Below, in pieces: positions 13,529-25,914 of a stretch of DNA of 64,000 nt (its first letter is position 1; every line of letters starts with the position of its first letter). The position numbers were made by a program, and so were the translations under genes. The notes below the pieces were generated by a model. That model was not told where the DNA came from. It made no database searches and saw nothing but the letters and a program-made list of their open reading frames with translations. The stretch comes from Octopus vulgaris (taxonomy: Eukaryota). Location of the stretch: NCBI GenBank assembly GCA_951406725.2, contig OX597828.1, positions 33,728,001-33,792,000 of the forward strand. The letters run 5' to 3'.

Positions 13529-13694
13529 TTAAAAGGTGTTGATTCTTTGAAAATTTTGGCACTTTAGCTCTGGTCACGCCATCATCAGCATTATCATCAC
13601 CATAGTTAAAGTGTGAAAGTGGACAAAATACCCAGGCTTATAAATGAGATGGTGTCTCAATTATGTTTTGTGGGACAAACAGAAACTCTCTTTT

Positions 13695-13748
<54 letters not shown>

Positions 13749-13765
13749 ATATGTATGTATATAAT

Positions 13766-13925
13766 GAATTATTTACATTATTTACATTTGACGGATATCT
13801 GTCCTCATCTTGTTTGTTGTTACCACAATGTTTTGGCTGATATACCCTCTAGCCTTCATCAGGTGTCTTGGAGAAATTTCGAATCTGGGTTCTCATTCCG
13901 AAGGTATTTTTCAAAGTTATCATCA

Positions 13926-13979
<54 letters not shown>

Positions 13980-14077
13980 TCACTGCCTGGAATAGAACTC
14001 AAAATCTTGGGGTTAGTAGCCCACGCTCTTAACCACTATGCCATATGCCCGTCAATTGTAAATAATGTAAATGAATT
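13766..14077 (-). mobile_element. ORF-less Penelope terminal-repeat unit (tRNA-like head, (AAT)n, hammerhead motif)
   Basis: Minus strand: GGGCATATGGCATAGTGG...GAGTTCTATTCC...(AAT)n...GACAC CTGATGA AGGCTAGAGGGTATATCAGCC AAAAC ATT GTGG. A short inverted copy of the tail is at 14049-14077. Confidence 0.75.
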
Positions 14078-14291
14078 TCTGTTGACCAAATTCCACCCAC
14101 AAGGTATCATGCCAGCTTTTAAGACTATGATGAAAGACATTATGTGAGGTGTTATGCAGTGGGATTGAACCTAGAACCACAAGGTTACAAAATGAACTTC
14201 TAAACCACACAGCTACAGCTGCACCCATTATAAATAGGAATATTATATATCTATCTCGTTAACCATTAGTCTAGCAACTGCCTTTATATAG

Positions 14292-14324
<33 letters not shown>

Positions 14325-14934
14325 CCATCAAGCCATTTATAATACTCTCTAATTTTCTACATGTCTATCTTTCTGTCTATGTCTATCTATGGCTATCTAT
14401 GGCTATCTATGGCTATCTATGTCTATCTATGGCTCTATCTATTAACGTATCTAACTGCCATCTCCCCATCTATCTCGCGAACATTTCATTTATCTACCAA
14501 TATATCAATTTATCTATCTGCCCATCTGCCCCTATCAATCTCTCTATCTGTCTGCCAACATCAGATAAACACAAACTGCTGGCTTCTTTACAAGTTTCAG
14601 ATATTAGGTTGGCAAGACAACTCGCCATGTCAGGTATCACTTTTGCCAGTGGGAAGAAACCTTTTAAACAAACGGACTTCAATGACTATCAGAAAATAAT
14701 TAATAAGATGGAGTAGGTTTTCTGCTAAAATCATGTTACGTTTGCCGAAGCAAGGAAACGAGCAGAACGACTGATGAAGCTGCTCCAACGGCTGCCAAAC
14801 AGAAACATGTCTTTCATGGCGGCATTCGGACAAAGTTAATTTCCATACCACCACATACTAACCAACATTGCTAATAGAGAAGAAAAAAAAAAAGACAGAA
14901 ACAAAAATTTTTTTATAAAAAAAAAGGAAAATAG

Positions 14935-15330
14935 TTGTGGTGGTGGTGGAGGTGGTGGTGACGGTGGTGGTGGTGGTGGTGGTGGTGTTAATTATGATTA
15001 TGACAATGACAGTGTTGGTAGTGATGGTGGGTGGTGGTGGTGGGTGGTGGTGGTGGTGGTGGTAGTGGTGGGTGGTGGTGGGTGGTGGTGATGGTGGTGG
15101 TGATGTGGTGGTGGTGGTGGTGCTGGTTGTGGTGGTGCTGGTGGTGATGGTGGTGGTGGTGGTGATGGTGGTGATGGTGATGGTGGTGGTGGGTGGTGGT
15201 GGTGATGGTGGTGGTGGTGTTGGTCGTGGTGGTAGTGGAGGAGATGATGATGTGGTGGTGGTGGTGGTGGTTGATGGTGTGATGGTGGTAGTGTGATGGT
15301 GTGATGGTGGTGGTGGTGATTATGATGATG
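14935..15330. repeat. (GGT/GAT)n trinucleotide low-complexity tract
   Basis: Directly visible. Source of the spurious poly-His/Pro/Gly/Val ORFs. Confidence 0.95.
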
Positions 15331-15408
15331 ATAGAAGTGCATAAATGACATAGATGATAGCATAGAAAAAGAGAGAAAGAGACATTAGAAGACAGAAGAC
15401 AATAAGAG

Positions 15409-15446
<38 letters not shown>

Positions 15447-15554
15447 GGAGAGAGATAAAGAAAGAAAGAGAGAGAGAAACAGAGAGAAAGAAGGCAGCTG
15501 TAAACCAGAAATAGATAGGCAGAAGAATCAACAAAAAGTACACACAAAAAGGGA

Positions 15555-15588
<34 letters not shown>

Positions 15589-16207
15589 TATAGAGAGATT
15601 AATAGAGAGAAAGAGACAGAGAGGCTGGGGGGGTGGGGTGGAATATCTAGATGGAAGGAGCAAAAACAGAAGGTGGAAGACATAAGACAGTAAAGCAGAC
15701 AAGAAGAAGACATAAGTGACGATGGATGCTAAGATGGAGACTTGGCTGGACTGGAGCTAAATTTAGCTAAAGTAAATACAGTGGAATAAAGAAGAAGACA
15801 GTTGTATTGATGAGCAACAGATAGCAGTGAGGAGAAGCGGGAGGTGAGGAGGAGGGAGAGGAGGGAGTTTATAATGTAGGAATAGGAAGTGGTGGGAGAC
15901 AGGGGGGAGGATGTAGCATTTATGCAGAGCTTCTTGCCTGCAGCTCAAAGATTGTGTGTGTGTGTCTGTGTTTGTGTACATATATATATGTATATGTGCA
16001 TATACATATATATGTGTGTGTGTGTGTGTGTGTACATATATATATATGTGTGTGTGTATGTGTATATATATATTACATATATGTATGTATATCTGTGTGT
16101 ATATTATATTAATATATATATATATATGCATGTATATATGCGAGTACATATGTGTGTGCGTGTGTGTGTGTACATATATATATATATATTTCTGTGTGTA
16201 TGTTTGA

Positions 16208-16252
<45 letters not shown>

Positions 16253-16642
16253 TGTATGTATATATGTGTGTGTGTGTATGTGTGTATATATATGTATGTA
16301 TCCTTGCTTACTTTCAGAGTGTGTGTGTGTGTACATGTATGTGTGTGTGTGCATGCGTGTGTGTACGTACATATATAGTGGTAAAAAGCAAAGTTAGAGG
16401 AATAAAAATGGTTCAATCCACAGAATCACAGAACAGACATTTTCATATCTTTATAATAACTTTATAGCTGTTGTTCTGTTGATCTTCTGCTTCTCTACGT
16501 CTTTTCTATCAAGTTTTTTCTCCTCGTTTCCTGGTTGGTTTTTATCATATTTTTTAGATATATGTTGTCCATCACACATTTTTCATTACATTCGACCATT
16601 TTCTGTTTTTTACATAATGTAACATATATATATATATATAGA

Positions 16643-17365
16643 AGGTGCAGGCAGCTATGTGGTTAAGAAGCTTACTTCCAAATGATTTGGTTCCAGGTTC
16701 AGTCCCACTGCATGGCAACTTGGATGAGTGTCTTCTACTATAGTACAGGCGTGGCTGTGTGGTAAGAAGCTTGCTTCCCGACCACATGGTACTGGGTTCA
16801 GTCCCATTCCATGGCACCTTGGGCAAGTGTCTTCTTTCATAACCTTGGGCCGATCAAAGCCTTGTGAGCGGATTTGGTAGGCAGAAACTGAAAGAAGCCC
16901 ATCACGTGTGTCTGTGTCTGTGTTTGTCCCCCACCACTGCTTGACAACAGCTGTTATTGTGTATACTTCCCTGTAACTTAGCAGTTTGGAAAAAGAGACC
17001 AATAAAATAACTACTAGGCTAAAAAGAACAAACTAAGTCCTGGGGTCAATGTGTTCAACTAAAACCCTTCAAGGCGGTGCTATAGCATGGCCACAGTCTA
17101 ATGACAGAATCAAGTAAAGATAGCAGGTATAGGCCAACCAAAGCCATATTCATGGATTTGGTAGATAGAAACTAAACGAAACTTATCATATATGTGTATA
17201 GGTGCAGGCGAGACTGCGTGGTAAGAAGATTGCTTCCCAACCACATGGTTCTAGGTTCAGTCCTGCTGAGTGGCACTTTGGCCAAGTGTCTTTCACTATA
17301 GCCTCAAGCTAACGAAGCCTTGTGAGTGGATTTGGTAGATGGAAACTGAAAGAAGCCTGTCTTAT
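16643..17365 (+). mobile_element. Cluster of family-A SINE heads and one near-complete copy
   Basis: Three tRNA-like heads (about 16643, 16747, 17201) in tandem orientation. Confidence 0.75.
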
Positions 17366-17796
17366 ATATACACTGGAGTAAGCACATAGATGTGAAACAA
17401 GATGGAAAAAAAGAGTACTCAAATACCAGAGGTAGAGTAATATGCTTTATTGAAACTCTGAGTAACAGTTTTTGTGATATTTCTGCTGCTTTTCAATAAA
17501 GTATATATATATATATATATATATGAGAGGTATTGGTATCCAGAAAACCCAAGGTGGCAGGTAAGTCTATGCAAGTGCTTTCGAAGAACCGTAGTTAAAC
17601 TCTCGGTTCGATAATAATACGAGTGAGGAGTCTAATGGGGGTCTTGTGTGAGCATGTATCTGTTAAATAAAATGAGGTAACAAAGCCAAGTCTGTGTGGA
17701 ATTTTTAGAACTTTTAAAAAGAGACTAACTTTCTCTTTATAAATGTCCAAAAAACTCCACACAGCCTTGGCCTTGTTGTCTCGTTTTATATATAAA

Positions 17797-18244
17797 TTTT
17801 ATAATTAATTAATTATTATATTATTATAACTGAGTGTACATGAGGCATTAAAACTGCTATAAATAAGAGTTGAAACATACTCTAATAAACCACCATTTCA
17901 CTGACAGTATAACAGGCCAACGAAAATTGAGGGACAACCAAAGAAATTAGATTAACATTGCAGTTGATAGATGCAAATGATGTTACAGATATTCCTCTAT
18001 CATGTGATTCCGAACTTTGAGATGATTCTCTTCTCATCAGCAAAGTTCAAAATCACATGATACAAGAATATCGCTAACCTCATCTTCAACTATCAGCCGC
18101 AATGGTAAGTTAATTTCTTTGCTCCTCCCTTGATTTTCATTGGCCTGTTGTACTTTCAGTGAAATGGTGGCTTATTAGAGTATTTTTAGAGCAATGCTAG
18201 TGCCTCATGTATCCTCAATTATAATAATTGATTAATTATAAAAT
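17797..18244. repeat. Long imperfect palindrome (arms about 220 bp)
   Basis: ccaccatttcactga...tatcatgtgatt..gaactttg pairs with caaagttc..aatcacatgata...tcagtgaaatggtgg, with a short loop near 18030. Confidence 0.85.
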
Positions 18245-18269
18245 CTAGGCAATGACAAAAGACCAAAAC

Positions 18270-18750
18270 CTCTGGAGACATGCTGTGACTGAGAAGACCT
18301 GGCAAATAAAGTGAGTCCACAGCTGTAACCTACACCAGTGTCGCATAACCAGCCAACTCAAAAGTACCTTGGATTGTAGGGCAACATGTCATGCTTGAGG
18401 AGAGCTACTGAGTCAAGTACATCAAAATCAAATGGAAATTGTAGTTGTGATGCCTGTGCTGGTGGCACGTAAAAAGCACTGTCTGAATGTGGTCGACGCC
18501 AGCTTGACTGGCTTCCGTGCTAGTGGCATGTAAAAAGCACCAACCAATCGTGGTTGTTGCCAGGCCGGTGGCACATAAAAAGCACCCACTACGCTCTCGG
18601 AGTGGTTCATGTTAGGAAGGGCATCCAGCTTAGAAACACTGCCAGATCAGACTGGAGCCTGGTGCAGCTTCTTGGCTTCCCAGACCCCAGTCGAGCTGTC
18701 CAACCCATGCCAGCATGGAAAACGGATGCTAAACAATGATGATGATGATG
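18270..18750 (+). mobile_element. Retroposon family D (internal gtggcacgtaaaaagcac repeats, (GAT)n tail)
   Basis: Shared 3' block gagtggttggcgttaggaagggcatccagc...ccaacccatgccagcatggaa. Related copies at about 1826, 4333, 19315, 29500, 32108, 32380, 38445, 44705, 46420, 56187 and 58325. Confidence 0.75.
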
Positions 18751-18813
18751 GATTTGCTCTTTTATTGAAACTGATGATTGCTGGCCACTTACATTATCAT
18801 TATTGTTATTTAT

Positions 18814-18865
<52 letters not shown>

Positions 18866-20227
18866 TAACAATAATCCTTTCTGCTATAGCCACAAGGCCT
18901 GAAATTTGGGGGAGGGCACAAGCCAATTACATTGACCCCAGTGCATTACTGGTACTTATTTAATCAACCCCGAAAGGATGAAAGGCAAAACTGACCTCAG
19001 CATAATATGAACTCAGAACGTAAAGACGGACAAAATGCTGCTAACAACTTTGCCAGCTTGCCAACTTCGTAGTAATAATAATAATAATAATAATAAAGAC
19101 AATGACCTCTGGTCTTGGCTCCCTGACCAGTTGATTCATATTCTGTTCATTCAAAGCAAGAAATTGAGGAACTCCAAGAAGTGACAGAATTAATCAACTT
19201 CAAATGATTTCATACATACATCCATCCATCCATACATACAAACATGCATGCACATACATTCACATACATTTGTATACAATACATACACATATACATAAAT
19301 ATATGCACACACGTATCATCATCATCATCGTCGTCGTCATCATCATTGCCATCATTTAACGTCCGTTGTCCATGTTGACATGGGTTGGACAGTTTGACTA
19401 GGGCTGGTAAGCTGGAAGGCTGCACCAGACTCTAGTCTGATTTGCAATGGTCTCTACAGCTTGATGCCCTTCATAACACCAACCATTCCATGAGTGTAAT
19501 GGGTGCTTATATGTGCCACTGGCATTGGTGCCATTTGCTGCATGGAACCAGTATCTGCCATGTCTGCAATTTTACTTGGCATTTGATGGGTTTTCTTCTC
19601 AAACACAGCATAATGCCAAAGGTCTCGGTCATTTGTCATTGCCTCCGTGAGGCCCAACACTCAAAAGGTGTTTCTCACGTACCACCGGCATCGGCCACCT
19701 TGCCTCCATGAGATGCAACACTTTATATGTGCCACTGGCATGGGTGCCAGTTATGTGACACCAGCATCAGCCACGACAACAATTTCACTATATACACATA
19801 CATATACATATATATATGCACACATACACACACATAAATACACACAAAAACACACACCACAAACACACATATACTTTTCTACACTAGGCACAAGGCCTTA
19901 AATATTTGGAGAGGAGGCCAGTCGATCAGATCAACCCCAGTACACAACTGGTACTTAATTTATCAACCCTGAAAGGATGAAAGGCAAAGTCAACCTTGCC
20001 GGAATTTGAACTCGGAACATTTGAACATTTGAACTCGGAATATGAAATATCGCTAAACATTTTGCATGGCATGCTAACGTTTCTGCCAGCTTACTGCCTT
20101 AATATACACACATATAGACAGACAAATGCACATATATACACACATACATGCAAGTACCTCCCCCCCACCACACACACACACACATATAAGGGGTACAAAT
20201 TTAAGTAAAATGAACATTTCTCAGTCG

Positions 20228-20500
20228 ACAAGACGGAGGCTCTTCCGAAATACCCTGTAACAGCGGAAGAGTTTCTTGAAAAAAAACATTGCCCTGTAGG
20301 TGGACCAGTCAATGGAGCGGGGTGGGGCCAGTTGAAAGACCTCCACAATCCCTGCACTTCACCACCAATGAAGTTCTTCTTTTAGAGCATTTTCAAAGAT
20401 AAATTATTTTCGAGAAAACCATGCTCTGTCGATGACATGATTCCATTCATAAGAGAACCATGCCAAGAAATTAATGACACTCTGCCAAAGTGTGCTTGAG
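20228..20500 (+). mobile_element. Tc1/mariner-superfamily transposase relic (DDE C-terminal part)
   Basis: Frameshifted QDG...EEFLEKK...FFF.SIFKDKLFSRKPCSVDDMIPFIREPCQEIND, like the QQDGAPPH...DFFFWG.LKDKVY segment. Confidence 0.6.
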
Positions 20501-20877
20501 AAAAGAAAGAAGACTTAGGAACGTAGAGCTACTAAAGACTAGTAATCTGAGTATTTAATAGATTGTACTTAATAGCCATATGAAAACCAAAACACTGGTA
20601 TTTTCTGCATTTAATTGTTATAAGCATGCTATCCATCCATATTGTAACTTAATAACGCCACGGTAATGGCCATAACCTGGTCATTCATTTAGTGCTTGCG
20701 TTGTTTATCTGATATTAAAAACTGTATAACTATTTTTGAACCTCTACATGTACACACACACGCACACATATATATACATGCACACACACACATATATATA
20801 TATACACACATACATACATACATACATACACACATACATACACATATATACACATATATATACATACACACATACAT

Positions 20878-20918
<41 letters not shown>

Positions 20919-20940
20919 CATACATATATATACATACATA

Positions 20941-21572
20941 TCATCATCATCATCATTGTTCGACCGTGGTCGAGACAATGGAATTTACCATGCTACGCCA
21001 GACTTCACGGTCCATCATGGCATTACGGAGGTCCTGTTGCTGGATGTCTGTATCCCTGGAGATTACATCAGGGTAGGAGAGTGTGCGCCCTCTGGTATTG
21101 TGAGTAGATGGCTTCCAGAGGAGAAGAGTAGAAATTACTTCTTTTTCAGCTCTACAACAATGTCCAGCAAACTGGACTCTCCTACCTTTCACAAGAGATG
21201 ACACAGGTGGTAGTTTCCCATATATTTGCATTTTGGTTGGATGGCGCTTCCACGAGAGATTTTGAGCTCTCATAAGGAGGCGAGTGTAGGTTCCATCCAA
21301 CCGCATCTCAAGCTTCTTTGATAACGTCCAGGTTTCTGAGCCATATAGTAGAATTGGTTCGACTGTGGCTTTGAATATTTCAAGTTTGAAGTCTCTACTT
21401 AGATTTGATGACCAGATCTTATGCATGTCATTACAGGCTGACCAGGCCATACCCTTTCTAGTTAGAAAGTCTTTTCCAGATGATGATATGTATGACCCAA
21501 GATATTTATAATCAGAAACCATATTTAAGGGCGCGTTGTTGAGTATGGATGATGCAATCACTGTTGGACAGG
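20941..21572 (-). mobile_element. RTE-clade LINE 3' fragment with an uninterrupted ORF end
   Basis: YKYLGSYI...[17 protein letters not shown]...RRVQFAGHC...[14 protein letters not shown]...DREVWRSMV...*, followed by a (TGA)n tail. No stop over about 200 aa. Confidence 0.9.
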
Positions 21573-21677
21573 CATATACATACATATACACATATACATA
21601 TACATATATATACATACATATACATATATATACATAGACACACACATATATATATACATACATACATGCATGCTTAC

Positions 21678-21758
<81 letters not shown>

Positions 21759-21809
21759 TATATACATATATATATATACATATATATATATATACATATA
21801 TATATATAC

Positions 21810-21856
<47 letters not shown>

Positions 21857-21911
21857 CACACACATGCACAAACATACACACATACTTACATACGTGTGTG
21901 TGTGTGTGTGA

Positions 21912-21948
<37 letters not shown>

Positions 21949-22115
21949 ACTCAGTGGCATAGGCTTTGCCTCATATCAGTGCTGACAACCATGTCTGCTC
22001 CCAAGAGAAACAATGTGCTGGAGGCAGACAAGGATGAATGTCTTTGATCAGCACCATTGTTACCTTTGATAGATTGTCATAATCAAAGAAGCAAAGCTTA
22101 TATACATGCATGCAC

Positions 22116-22146
<31 letters not shown>

Positions 22147-22798
22147 CATACACACAAACAAACACACACACACACAGAAAAAGTGAGGGAGAGTGTAGAG
22201 CAAAAGGAAACAAGATCTTGTGACTTTCGTGGCTTCCCTAAATTTTTACGATTTAATCACATGAAAAAGGCCATGCAAAATGGTCACTGCAGGTCCTCTG
22301 GGACTAGTGAAACATTCCTGGCTGAGGTGCATGCTGGGACACCACCTCAAAGAGCTTAGTCAAAGAAATTGAAACCGGGACTTATATTTCAAGTCTGGTA
22401 CTTTATTCACTTGCTCATGCTTGTCAATCTTGGATGTAAACAAACCAACACCAGTTGTCAAGCAGTGGAGTGGAGGTCACAAACACAAAGACACCACATA
22501 CACACACACACACACACACATATATATGGAGAGATGTACTTGCATAGCAAGTGACCTGATCTGAGATCGTGTGCTGAAACAAAAACAAATGGTGTGTGGA
22601 AGGTGTTTATAAGCCATTTAAAAACACACAAAAACCGTTAGATTCACTTCAACATTTGAATTTAATTTGCCAAAATATTTTCATCGCTTTGAGACCGTGT
22701 TTTTAAATGGCTTATAAACACCTCCCATGCTGCAATTGTATATATATATATATATATATATAACAAATTGGAGTTGTAGGGTACCGCACGAGTGGAAT

Positions 22799-23144
22799 TA
22801 TATACGAAAGAAGGTTTGAAAATGCAATTTTAAAAGATGTTTATTTACTTTACCGGTTTCACTCTTTGGAAAAAGATTGTAAAAGCAACATATATATGGT
22901 TGTTACAAAATGCTACATTACATATATACAGTCTTTGGTAACAAGGACATGTTAAGGACATAAAAAAGTTTAACAAGTTCCTTAAAGTTACCAAAGACTG
23001 TATATATGTAATGTAGCATTTTGTAACAACCAATAATTAACGCAACCAAACTTCTACATATTACTTTTGACAATCTTTTTCCAAAGAGTGAAACCGGTAA
23101 ATTAAATAAACATCTTTTAAAATTGCATTTTCAAACCTTCTTTC

Positions 23145-23151
<7 letters not shown>
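22799..23151. repeat. Near-perfect palindrome embedded in (TA)n
   Basis: tatacgaaagaaggtttgaaaatgcaattttaaaagatgtttattta...accggtttcactctttggaaaaagattgt is mirrored at the right end. Inner arms ggttgttacaaaatgctacattacatatatacagtctttggtaac are also mirrored. Confidence 0.9.
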
Positions 23152-23184
<33 letters not shown>

Positions 23185-23249
23185 GAGTAAGGACATAAAT
23201 GCGAAGACTACAAAAGAATATACTAGACTTTACAAGACTTTAAAAAACT

Positions 23250-23385
23250 TTATAGGAGGTGTTGAAAGTGTTGTCCTTCATTTTCAATACATAAGTTGAC
23301 TCTTCTACGCATGTTTTGAAATACATCTTGGAGAGTCAAGATGAAAAAAATTCACTGCCGAGAGACTTTTTGAACACCCTTTATA
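23250..23385 (-). mobile_element. Tc1/mariner-superfamily short relic
   Basis: Minus strand VFQNMRRRVNLCIENEGQHFQHLL* (typical transposase C-terminus). TIR-like end aagggtgttcaaaaagtc. Confidence 0.65.
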
Positions 23386-25361
23386 AGATCACCAACAAAG
23401 TTCACCGGACTTTGTGGCACAGCTTATTTTCAGTGACTTCTTGGATTTCCGTTAGAGAGAGAGAGAGATAAATTATAGGTTGTTATTGATTAATACCATG
23501 TCAGCCGTGATCAAGCTAATCTATAATTAAAGGCATTCCAACTGGAACTATTTTGTCTTAATATTTTGTGTAGTGAAGAACTCTGGAACACATAATCAAA
23601 TGACATTTTTTTCTTTAAATGCTGAGGTGTAAATTAAAGGAAACTTGGCTACAAAAGCAAGGTGAAGCCCTAAAATACTGGCTCACTTGTTAACTACAAA
23701 ACTGTAGAGGTACGGTGAAGGTGAGAAAGAGGGTGTTCATTAATTTCATTAATTTCTTGAGATGCCATTAGCAAAAAAGCTAAGAGATGTGGGCAAAGTT
23801 CCGACAGCCTAAAAATTCTATCCATCTACTGCACTGGACTATTACTCATAATTATTAACATTATCATTATTATTATTAAGGTGGCGTGCGAGCAGAATTG
23901 TTAGCACACCAGGCAAAATGTTTTGCGGCATGTTGTCTGTCTTTATGTTCTGAGCTCAAATTCTGCGGAGGTTGACTTTGCCTTTCATCCTTTTGGGGTC
24001 GATTAAATAAGTACCAGTTGAACACTGAGGTCAATATAATTGGCTCATCCCCACTTCTGCCCTAGTGGCAAAATTTCAAATAATAATAATCATCATCATC
24101 ATCATCATTAATTATTATTATTATTATTGTTATTATTATTATTATTATTATTATTAAGGTGGTGAGCTGGCAGAATTGCTAGCTTGCCAAGCAAAATGCT
24201 TTGTGGCATTTTGTCCATCCTTATGTTCTGAGGTCAACTTTGCCTTTCAGCTTTTCGGTGGGAGGTCAATAAATTAAGTACCAGTTGAGTACTGGGGGTC
24301 AATGTAATCGACTGGTCCCCTCCCCGAAAATTTCAGGCCTTGCACCTATAGTAGAAAGGATTACTTTCTATTAAGATACTTTCGCAGTGGATAGCAGAAT
24401 TGATAAAAGATTGGAGTGAATGCTTTTCAGGTTTTAGTTACACGTGTTTTGAGTTCAAATCTCACTAGAGGCTCTTTCAGTATCAATGAAATAAGTCTCA
24501 GACAAGTACAGTAATCAGTACACAGATACACACACATACATACACACATATACAGATACAAGCACAAACAAATATAAGAAAATGTGTATGCATACACACA
24601 CACATCCATACACTAGCTCAAGTACACATATACAAGAGCACATGCATACACAAACACAATTATAGACAGATGCACACATACATACACACACACGCAGAAA
24701 CACACAAAAGCACAGGAGGAACACACACACACAATCATACATTTACACACTAACACACACAAGCACACATATACACAATCATACATTCACACACTAACAT
24801 ACACACACACAAGCACACATATACACAATCATACATTCACACACTAACATACACACACACACACACACACACACACTTTCATCTTTCTGTCTTTTGTTTC
24901 TCAGCTTCAGGTTATTAAGTTGGCAGTTGAAGGATTTCCTTTCGAAATTGGCTGGTCTTCCTCTACCTGCATCTCCACCACCACCACCACAGCCCCACCA
25001 TTCTACAACCACTGAATTGGCAAGTAGGAGTGGTAGTGGTGGTGGCAGTGCTGGTTGTTGTAGTGGTGATACTAGTGGCATTGGCGGTGGTGGTAGTGGT
25101 GACGGTAGTAGCAGTAGCAGCAGCAGCAGTGGAAGTGGGGAAGGAGGGGGTCAGACAGTGGCCTTTGTTCTTATTGTTCAGTAAGCATGGCCAGTTTCTC
25201 TTTGAATGTGGATGACATCAAATTTTGGAATAGAACTATAGTCAACAGTAGCAGTAGTTACAGCTAACAATAATAATAATCTATTCTACCAAATTTTTGG
25301 GAGAGGGGACTAGTCGATTACATCGGCCTCCCCAGTGTTTCACTGGTACTTAAAATGCCCA

Positions 25362-25680
25362 TGGGCATATGGCATAGTGGGTAAGAGCGCAGGCTACTAA
25401 CCCCAAGATTCCAAGTTCGATTACAAGCAGTGACCTGAATAATAACAATAATAATAATAGGCGGCGAGCTGGCAGAAACGTTAGCATGCCGGGCGAAATG
25501 CCTAACGGTATTTCGTCTGCCATTACGTTCTGAGTTCAAATTCCGCCGAGGTCGACTTTGCCTTTCATCCTTTCAGGGTCGATTAAATAAGTACCAGTTA
25601 ATCACTGGGGTCGATGTAATCAACTTAATCCCCTTTTCTGTCCTTGTTTGTCCCCTCTATGTTTAGCCCCCTGTGGGCAA

Positions 25681-25731
<51 letters not shown>

Positions 25732-25914
25732 TCGAAAAATACCTTAGGAATGAGAACCTAGGTTCAAAATTTCTCCATGGGACCTGAAGAAGGCTGGAGG
25801 GTATATCAGCCAAAATTTTGTGTTAACAACAAACAAGATGAGAACAAATATCCGTCAAATGTAAATAATGTAAATAATGTACATAATTCCTTATCTCTTA
25901 AATACAGAACTGTA
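25362..25914 (+). mobile_element. ORF-less Penelope terminal-repeat unit, split by a family-B SINE (25459-25695)
   Basis: tRNA-like head 25362-25440, (AAT)n, then CTGAAGA AGGCTGGAGGGTATATCAGCC AAAAT at about 25784-25816, then a (TGTAAATAA)n tail. Confidence 0.8.

Noticed and set aside
14998-15363. Poly-His/Pro ORF resembling a transcription-factor low-complexity region
   Set aside because: Pure (GGT)n-type repeat with no splice or domain support; the same applies to 52499-52789.
18020-18045. CTGATGA at the apex of the long hairpin (minus strand)
   Set aside because: No GAAA or stem arrangement follows, so it is not a hammerhead.
24894-25184. Plus-strand ORF behind a strong pyrimidine tract, Gly/Ser/Pro-rich
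   Set aside because: Mostly trinucleotide low complexity, no recognisable domain and no partner exons.
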